Below are positions 57,994 through 64,000 of a DNA stretch of 64,000 bases, piece after piece (position 1 is the first letter of the stretch; every line of letters starts with the position of its first letter). This DNA is from an uncultured Eubacteriales bacterium. Its GTDB lineage: Bacteria > Bacillota > Peptococcia > Peptococcales > SKKY01. The notes beneath the pieces are model-generated. The model did no database searches. It saw only the letters and a program-made list of their open reading frames with translations, and was not told the origin of the DNA. Made by a program: the position numbers and the translations under genes. Location of the stretch: contig CAZXPJ010000004.1 of assembly GCA_964642925.1 (NCBI GenBank), forward strand, positions 15,420 to 79,419, in the 5' to 3' direction.

Positions 57994-60900
57994 TTATTCC
58001 TGCTTCTTTCTACTTTTTTCAAGATACATTCTTGCATCTGCTCTTTTAATCATTTTCTCTAAATTATCATTTATCTCCTCTCCAGAATTGGCAATACCAA
58101 AACTAAGAGTAATTGGAGCGTCTAGCCTTCTACTTATAATTTCCAAGTCTATTTTAATTCTATTTATTATAGAGGCTGGGGATTTATCTCCTTTTTCTCT
58201 TAAAACAATAAGAAACTCATCTCCACCATAGCGAATAAAGACATGGTCTTTTCTAATGTTTTTTTGAATAATTTCAGCCACTATTTTTATTGCCTCGTCT
58301 CCTTGAATATGCCCGTATCTATCATTGATATCTTTTAAATTATCTAGATCTAGAAAAATTAAACTTATATCTTCTTTGGTCATAATTCCATCCTCAAAGA
58401 AAATTTCTAAGAACTCCATACCTGCAGCTCTAGTCATTGCTCCTGTCATCGGATCTATCTTTGCTAGATATCTTAATCTTTTTTCATAAGCCTTTTTTTG
58501 AGTAATATCTTCTATTGTTGCGATAAACTTTTCTATTTCTCTATTATTAAATATAGGGTTGATTTTAACCCCCTGCCAGTAAGTTTCTTGGTTCTTTTTC
58601 TTGTTGTGAAGCTCCCCTTGCCATTCTTTCCCTTGGAGAATTGTTTCCCATAAATTTCTAAAAACTTCATTAGGAATTAATCCAGAACTTAAAAAGCTAG
58701 GGTTTTTACCAAGGACTTCTTCAGCTTGATAACCGCTCATATTAGTAAATTTTTTATTCACATATTCAATATTTCCATCGATATCCGTTACCATAATACT
58801 ATTAGGAACATTATCAAGAAACTCCAGGTAACCTAAGTTTTCAATCATTTCTTTATTAGTTACTTGGGTGATTATTATAACTATATCTCCTTTTAGACTA
58901 TCAGCAAAAGCTCCTTGATCTACTTTTATAATGGTATCCAAGAAATTACTGTCTTTTTTTATGATAGGTAGTTTAAAGTCTAATATAAAATTAATATCAT
59001 TTTTAACAAAATCCTTAAATTCCTTTGCTACTCTAGGGGTAGTTAGACTGTTAAAATTTTTTCCAAAGATATCTTTCTTTTCCCATTTAAAATATTCTTG
59101 GAACTTACTGTTAAATCCCTTAATATGAAAATTTTTATCTAATATAATTATAGGAAGTGGTAAATTATAAAATTTTTCTACTTCATCTATAAACTCTTCT
59201 ATACCTGTTTTTTTAATTTCAATTTTTTGGGCAAAAAACTTTTCAAAGTCTCCGAGTTTTATAGGTTTAGAGAATAGAAATCCTTGGACATATTTACAGC
59301 CTAATTGGTTTAGAAAATTATATTGTTTTAAATTTTCTACTCCTTCTGCTACTACATCAATTTCCAAATCTTTAGCAAGGGCTATTATATTTTTTACTAG
59401 GTATTCATCTGTTTTGTTTTCTAACAAACCACCTATAAAGGATCTGTCAATTTTAATTTCAGCAAAATTAACATGTTTCAATTTAGTCATAGAAGAACTC
59501 CCCGTACCAAAATCATCCATACTAAATCTAATTCCTATTTTATTTAATTTTTTTATTACTTCCTGTAAGTGTTCCCCTTCTTCAAAGATATAATTTTCTG
59601 TAACTTCCATCATGATTTTTTCTGCTTCTATTTCATATTTTGCTAATTTGTCTTTTACTATCTCAGGGAAATTATATTGTAGCAGCTGTTTACCTGAAAT
59701 ATTTATAGAGATAGGTATATTAATGTCTTTATATTCCCATCTCTTCTGAATCTTGCAAGCCTCATCTAAAACCCATTCCCCAATTTTTAAGATTAAATTG
59801 CTTTTTTCAGCGGTAGGGATAAATTCTATGGGTGTTATTAAGCCATGCTCTTTATGATTCCACCTTATAAGGGCTTCAGCTTTTATAATCTTTTCGGTAT
59901 TTAAATCTAAGATAGGTTGAAGATAGAGCTCAAATTCTCCTCTTTCCAGGGATTCATATATTTCTGTTTCCAACTCATATTCTTTTTTAATTTCAGCTTC
60001 AAGATCAACTGAAAAAGATACTAGATTTACTTCCCCATTGAGCTTAGCTTTGTTTTTAGCAAGGGCAGCTTTTCTAATAAGCGTTTCTTTAGAGGAGCCA
60101 TCCTCTGGATAAGAACTTATTCCAATATCAAGCTCTAGCCTATGCACAATATCATTAATTATAATTGGTTTTTTTAAAATTTTCATAAGATTCTTGGAAA
60201 ACTCAACAGCTTCTTCTTTACTTTTACCTTGATGAATTATTATAAATTCATCATCCTTAAATCTTGTTAAAATAATATCTTCTGATTGGCCTAATTTCAG
60301 GATATAAAGATTTATTAGTTTTGCTACCTGAAACAACATTCTATCTCCTGCTTCATATCCATATATTTCATTTATAACTCTAAATTTTTTTATATCTATA
60401 TAGATAAGTGAGAATCTTTCTTCCTTATTTACAAGGCTTTCTGTTTTCATTAGAAAGTAATTGTAATTATAAATGTCCGTCAAGCTATCTTTATAGGCTA
60501 GATCATTAAGTTTTCTCTCCATAACTATTTTATCTGTAACATCTACTCCCAGTAAAACAATTACATTTTCCTTTTTTCCTTCTAATAAAAAATAAAATTT
60601 TTCAAAATTTCTTATCTTATCTTTATTGTCCACAAAATAATTGATTTCTCTAAAGTAACCTTCCTTTTCAATTGTTTTTTTCTTTTCTATAAATTTCTCA
60701 TACTGTTCTGTAGTAAAAAAGTTACTAACTTTTTTTCCAATCCATTCTTTACCCTTTAGATTGTCTTTTGTGAATTTATTTACAAACTTACATTGTCCTT
60801 TTAAGTCCATAATCATAATTATTCCAGGAAAGTTATCCACAAGATTACTAAATAATCCTATTTTCCCTAAAATTGAATCATAAAAAGAATCCGACGTGAT

Positions 60901-61092
60901 TTTATCGGATTCACTATGTATTTCGAAAAGATTTACTAAAGGGGCAAGGGTTAATAAATCTCTTCTACTGTTATTTACTTCTGAGCATAGTTCTAGGTCA
61001 ATTATGGAAAAGTTTTTCTTATGAAGGCTTTCTTTAAAAAAAGAATCAATATCTTTAATTAAAGTTTTTATCTTTTGATTTAAATTATCCAT
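57994..61092 (-). CDS. multidomain c-di-GMP signalling protein: PAS - degenerate GGDEF - EAL - PAS-like - PAS - GGDEF
   Basis: The first GGDEF site reads KDDEF. The EAL motif is EALIRW. A PAS domain carries GKNPSFLSSG...WQGE. The terminal domain reads RYGGDEF. ATG at 61092 is preferred (GGTGA 5 nt upstream), whereas the track ORF starts at TTG 61104. Confidence 0.85.
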   Translation of the reverse strand: MDNLNQKIKTLIKDIDSFFKESLHKKNFSIIDLELCSEVNNSRRDLLTLAPLVNLFEIHSESDKITSDSFYDSILGKIGLFSNLVDNFPGIIMIMDLKGQCKFVNKFTKDNLKGKEWIGKKVSNFFTTEQYEKFIEKKKTIEKEGYFREINYFVDNKDKIRNFEKFYFLLEGKKENVIVLLGVDVTDKIVMERKLNDLAYKDSLTDIYNYNYFLMKTESLVNKEERFSLIYIDIKKFRVINEIYGYEAGDRMLFQVAKLINLYILKLGQSEDIILTRFKDDEFIIIHQGKSKEEAVEFSKNLMKILKKPIIINDIVHRLELDIGISSYPEDGSSKETLIRKAALAKNKAKLNGEVNLVSFSVDLEAEIKKEYELETEIYESLERGEFELYLQPILDLNTEKIIKAEALIRWNHKEHGLITPIEFIPTAEKSNLILKIGEWVLDEACKIQKRWEYKDINIPISINISGKQLLQYNFPEIVKDKLAKYEIEAEKIMMEVTENYIFEEGEHLQEVIKKLNKIGIRFSMDDFGTGSSSMTKLKHVNFAEIKIDRSFIGGLLENKTDEYLVKNIIALAKDLEIDVVAEGVENLKQYNFLNQLGCKYVQGFLFSKPIKLGDFEKFFAQKIEIKKTGIEEFIDEVEKFYNLPLPIIILDKNFHIKGFNSKFQEYFKWEKKDIFGKNFNSLTTPRVAKEFKDFVKNDINFILDFKLPIIKKDSNFLDTIIKVDQGAFADSLKGDIVIIITQVTNKEMIENLGYLEFLDNVPNSIMVTDIDGNIEYVNKKFTNMSGYQAEEVLGKNPSFLSSGLIPNEVFRNLWETILQGKEWQGELHNKKKNQETYWQGVKINPIFNNREIEKFIATIEDITQKKAYEKRLRYLAKIDPMTGAMTRAAGMEFLEIFFEDGIMTKEDISLIFLDLDNLKDINDRYGHIQGDEAIKIVAEIIQKNIRKDHVFIRYGGDEFLIVLREKGDKSPASIINRIKIDLEIISRRLDAPITLSFGIANSGEEINDNLEKMIKRADARMYLEKSRKKQE

Positions 61093-61122
61093 AATTATCA
61101 CCAACCCTATTAAAATTAAGTT

Positions 61123-61470
61123 TTAAACTAAGCCCATAAATTCTTTTATATCCATAATGTTTTTATTATCTAATTCAAAAGTATATCTGGCTCCATCCTC
61201 CAGGAGAAGAACTATTTGTTTTAAATCAAGAATCTTATAAAGATCTTCAGCTAATTCAGGATTGTAAGCAGCTATTTGGGGAAAACCAAAAGCAAAAATT
61301 TCATCCTTTCCTTCTTTTTTTAAAATAATATGCAATTCTAATTCGTCCTCTGTTATCTCAGTATTAAATTCCAAAAGACCATCTCCTATTATATCTGGAG
61401 TCAGATCCTTAGAATATACCTGGAAATCCGGTTTTTCCGGAACATAAAAAAGATTGTATCTTTTTTTCAT
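61123..61470 (-). CDS. 115-aa acidic hypothetical protein
   Basis: Good SD (TGGAGGTGA) before the ATG. I recognise no motif. It is the first gene of the tightly packed string. Confidence 0.55.
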   Translation of the reverse strand: MKKRYNLFYVPEKPDFQVYSKDLTPDIIGDGLLEFNTEITEDELELHIILKKEGKDEIFAFGFPQIAAYNPELAEDLYKILDLKQIVLLLEDGARYTFELDNKNIMDIKEFMGLV

Positions 61471-61500
61471 AATATATCACCTCCAATAGTTCTTACACAA

Positions 61501-61529
61501 ATTTATTGTTCAATAAACCTATTTTGCAA
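61501..61529 (-). promoter_or_regulatory. candidate promoter of the 61470-52353 gene string
   Basis: Minus strand reads TTGCAA (61524-61529), a 17-nt spacer, then ATAAAT (61501-61506). The -10 element is imperfect. Confidence 0.35.
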
Positions 61530-61606
61530 GATAAATAATATTGAATTTTTCTTGAATTAAAGTTAAACTCAAGAAAGTAGTATTAATATATAGTGGGGGT
61601 ATAATT

Positions 61607-62464
61607 ATGTCGATTAGAGTAACAGGTAAAGAAGCTTTAAATGCTTTTGCTAGCATTGCATATCTCATTAATCAAACCACATCATCAGATATTGGAATTT
61701 CAATTATTGAAGGAGATACTTATCTTGAGTATGTACCCGCAGATAAATTAGATTTAGGAAGAAAGCCAGGAGATAAGCTTTCTGATAAAACTGTGGGTTA
61801 TAGGTGTATGGCTCAAAATCGAAGGATTGTGGAAGAGGTAACAAAGGAAAAATCAGCTTATGGAAAGGCTTACGTTGCCAATGCATTCCCTGTTTTAGAT
61901 GATAATCAAAAGGTTGTTGGGTGTATTGTCACAACAGAAACAAATGATGTGCAAGAATTTTTTAGGGATAAATCTTCTATTTTAAGAGAATCTTCTAATG
62001 AGGTTGCTCAAGCAATTCAAAACTTAGCTATGCAAGCAGAAAACTTAGCTGTTTCCGGAAAAAATCTTGATTCGCTCTCCCAAGAAACTCAAAAAAAGGT
62101 CCAAGAAACAGATAAAATTATTACTTTTATTAATGATATTGCTAAAAAAACTAACTTACTTGGCCTAAATGCTTCTATTGAAGCTTCTAGAGTTGGAGAA
62201 ATCGGTAGAGGCTTTGGAGTAGTTGCAGAAGAAATACGAAAACTTGCTAATAATAGTTCAGAATCCGTTAAACATATTGAGACTGTTTTAAAAATTATGA
62301 TTACGGCAATGAACCAAATAAAAGAACAAAGCAGTTCTATTGACAGGGCAACTCAAGAACAAGTAGCAATTACAGAAGAGATTTCTGCATCTATGGAAGA
62401 AATAGCTGCTATGGCAAATGAAATCCAAGATTTCACTGAAAATATAAGACATGATACAAAATAA
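61607..62464 (+). CDS. soluble short methyl-accepting-chemotaxis-type signalling protein
   Basis: 285 aa with no TM segment. It has the conserved MCP hairpin tip [31 protein letters not shown] and an N-terminal domain of about 120 aa of unknown type. Confidence 0.75.
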   Translation: MSIRVTGKEALNAFASIAYLINQTTSSDIGISIIEGDTYLEYVPADKLDLGRKPGDKLSDKTVGYRCMAQNRRIVEEVTKEKSAYGKAYVANAFPVLDDNQKVVGCIVTTETNDVQEFFRDKSSILRESSNEVAQAIQNLAMQAENLAVSGKNLDSLSQETQKKVQETDKIITFINDIAKKTNLLGLNASIEASRVGEIGRGFGVVAEEIRKLANNSSESVKHIETVLKIMITAMNQIKEQSSSIDRATQEQVAITEEISASMEEIAAMANEIQDFTENIRHDTK

Positions 62465-62474
62465 TACAATATAT

Positions 62475-62501
62475 AAAAAACTCGGATACTCCGGGTTTTT
62501 T
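62475..62501 (+). terminator. intrinsic terminator after the MCP-like gene
   Basis: AAAAAACTCGG-atact-CCGGGTTTTTT. Confidence 0.7.
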
Positions 62502-62528
62502 ATATATTGATTTCAAAAGGAGGTCTTT

Positions 62529-63716
62529 ATGGTTAATTCAAGCATTACTCTTCCCCTACCCATATTTATATCCTTTGTTTTTTCTCTTTCAATATTTTTT
62601 TATTTATTTACTTTCAAAGAAAAAAAAGCTCCCTTAAAAATTTACAATCACCTTTTTCTAACTTTTGTATTTTCAGGATTTTTTTTAATTTTCTCTGATA
62701 ATATTCTTCCTACAAACTTTTTACTATCCTCTTCTTTCATTATATTTCTGGTTTTTTTAATATTTACATATAGAAAATATGGAGATAACCAAGATTTACT
62801 ATATTTTATTTTAATTATTTTTTATACTTTAAATATCACTTTCTATTATTTGCTAATAAAACATAACTCCATCTTTATTAATTTCTCTTCAGGCAACATC
62901 ACTTATTATCTAATCACCCTAGTTCTAGTATTCTTATTAGTTATTCATAAAAAAACAAAAACAGAAAATAATATAATTTTCTTTAGTTATGTTTTACTAT
63001 TAACTTTTTATTTAATAAATATTTTTTATTCTGCTCTCTTAAATCCTTGGATAAATGTTGTTTTATTAATTTCTTTTTTCTCTCTTCATCTAATAAACTC
63101 ATACCAGCAGGCTTATTCTCCTTTAATTAGAAGGATTAAAAAATTGAAAATACAGACAAATAGGCAAACAGCAGAATTGCCAGAACATATCCGACAACAA
63201 TTTCAAATAATGGAACATAACAAAGCCAAACTTATGGACATGGCATATACGGACAAAATGACTGGTGTTTTTAACAAAGATAAAATAACTTCATTAATTA
63301 AAGATATGATAAGAGATTCAAGAGTTAATGTTTTTTCTATTATGATGTTTGATATTGATGACTTTAAAAAAATAAATGATAACTTAGGACATCTAGTTGG
63401 TGACGAATCTTTAATTGACATGGCAAAACTAGGAATGGAATCTATAAGAAAAAATGACTATATTGGAAGATATGGTGGAGATGAGTTTCTTATTATACTT
63501 TCTGGGCTTGATCCCTATGAAACAAAAGTTATTGCAGAAAGATTCCGCACAAAAATCGCCAGCAGGTCTAAGCCTAATTTTACGGTTTCTATTGGGGTGG
63601 CTTCTTATCCAGAAGATGGGAAAACTTTTAAAGAACTCATAGAAGCAGCAGATAAGGCTTTATATCTTTCTAAAAAAAGAGGTAAAAATAGGGTTTCTCA
63701 TTTAAAGCTATATTGA
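62529..63716 (+). CDS. membrane-anchored diguanylate cyclase (about 6 TM + GGDEF)
   Basis: RYGGDEF with an upstream RKND I-site-like RxxD. The hydrophobic N-terminal half spans about 190 aa. Confidence 0.85.
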   Translation: MVNSSITLPLPIFISFVFSLSIFFYLFTFKEKKAPLKIYNHLFLTFVFSGFFLIFSDNILPTNFLLSSSFIIFLVFLIFTYRKYGDNQDLLYFILIIFYTLNITFYYLLIKHNSIFINFSSGNITYYLITLVLVFLLVIHKKTKTENNIIFFSYVLLLTFYLINIFYSALLNPWINVVLLISFFSLHLINSYQQAYSPLIRRIKKLKIQTNRQTAELPEHIRQQFQIMEHNKAKLMDMAYTDKMTGVFNKDKITSLIKDMIRDSRVNVFSIMMFDIDDFKKINDNLGHLVGDESLIDMAKLGMESIRKNDYIGRYGGDEFLIILSGLDPYETKVIAERFRTKIASRSKPNFTVSIGVASYPEDGKTFKELIEAADKALYLSKKRGKNRVSHLKLY

Positions 63717-63761
63717 CAATCAGGGATATTTCTGTTAATATTTCATACATCAATTTAATAT

Positions 63762-63862
63762 GCTACTTATCAAGAGCGGTAGAGGGACTGGCCCTATGAA
63801 ACCCGGCAACCTGCAGTTATGCAAGGTGCTAACTCCAGAGGTATTATGCCAAAGATGAGATC
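63762..63862 (+). promoter_or_regulatory. SAM-I (S-box) riboswitch aptamer
   Basis: CTTATCAAGAGCGGTAGAGGGACTGGCCCTATGAAACCCGGCAACC...AAGGTGCTAACTCCAG...AAAGATGAG matches the S-box core. The P1 stem pairs CTTATC with GATGAG. Confidence 0.9.
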
Positions 63863-63867
63863 TCAGG

Positions 63868-63892
63868 ACTCCTCTTTGAGGAGTTTTTTTTT
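63868..63892 (+). terminator. riboswitch expression-platform terminator
   Basis: ACTCCTC-ttt-GAGGAGT followed by TTTTTTTTT. Confidence 0.85.
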
Positions 63893-63907
63893 GAAGGGAA
63901 GAAATAA

Positions 63908-64000
63908 ATGATAAAAATAACAGATATTAAAAAGACTTATAAATCTAAAGATGGAGATGTTCACGCTTTAGAGAATATTAATTTAAATATAGATCAGGGA
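63908..64000 (+). CDS. metN: methionine ABC transporter ATP-binding protein, N-terminal fragment (runs off the window)
   Basis: MIKITDIKKTYKSKDGDVHALENINLNIDQG is a typical MetN N-terminus. It lies downstream of the S-box leader, with SD GAAGGGAAG. Confidence 0.7.
   Translation, partial: MIKITDIKKTYKSKDGDVHALENINLNIDQG

Noticed and set aside
58681-58710. A LOV-type blue-light PAS domain in the signalling protein upstream of photolyase (GKNPSFLSSG compared with the LOV motif GxNCRFLQ).
   Set aside because: The adduct-forming Cys is absent (Pro-Ser instead). The motif matches the very common GKNPR/S-ILKSG class of PAS domains, so sequence gives no support for a flavin photosensor.
1-64000. 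A window-wide look for CRISPR arrays, tandem or long direct repeats, IS elements or transposases, integrases, phage genes, toxin-antitoxin pairs, tRNA and rRNA genes.
   Set aside because: I saw no spaced repeat arrays, no transposase, integrase or recombinase-like ORFs, and no cloverleaf-like GC-rich segments in the intergenic gaps. All gaps over 100 nt are accounted for by promoters, terminators or the S-box leader. This was a by-eye scan, so short or degenerate elements could have been missed.

Overview
AT-rich (about 30% GC) chromosomal segment from a low-GC Firmicute, probably a Clostridia-class anaerobe: it has a flavodiiron protein, a Fur/PerR-like regulator, many 4Fe-4S fusion proteins, a single-chain FGAM synthase and GlnRS. 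The window is densely coding, about 60 real genes, mostly on the minus strand. I saw no rRNA, tRNA, CRISPR array, transposase, integrase or prophage signal. Most genes are housekeeping or transport: lipA-lplA, purL, tkt, glnS, thrC, potABCD, a TRAP transporter, a metal-type ECF transporter, corA, htpX, cls and hflX. A SAM-I riboswitch precedes metN at the right edge. c-di-GMP genes are frequent (HD-GYP, three GGDEF proteins, one GGDEF-EAL hybrid). The part most worth a second look is a tightly packed minus-strand gene string at 61470-52353. It encodes a small acidic protein, a PAS/GGDEF/EAL signalling protein, a photolyase, a DUF523-DUF1722 (YbgA/RudS-type) desulfidase, a CCA-type nucleotidyltransferase fused in frame to a complete crotonase, and a LarA-family protein. 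A separately transcribed CbiMQO-type ECF transporter follows it. A second candidate is an HflX GTPase with an exact JAMM/MPN+ metalloprotease motif in a 185-aa N-terminal extension. It ends 2 nt from a convergent 81-aa protein that terminates in Gly-Gly. A stand-alone eRF1-like (baeRF-type) protein is also present. All calls rest on reading the supplied translations, motifs I recognise, and hand checks of start codons, Shine-Dalgarno (SD) ribosome-binding sites and hairpins. No database search was possible.
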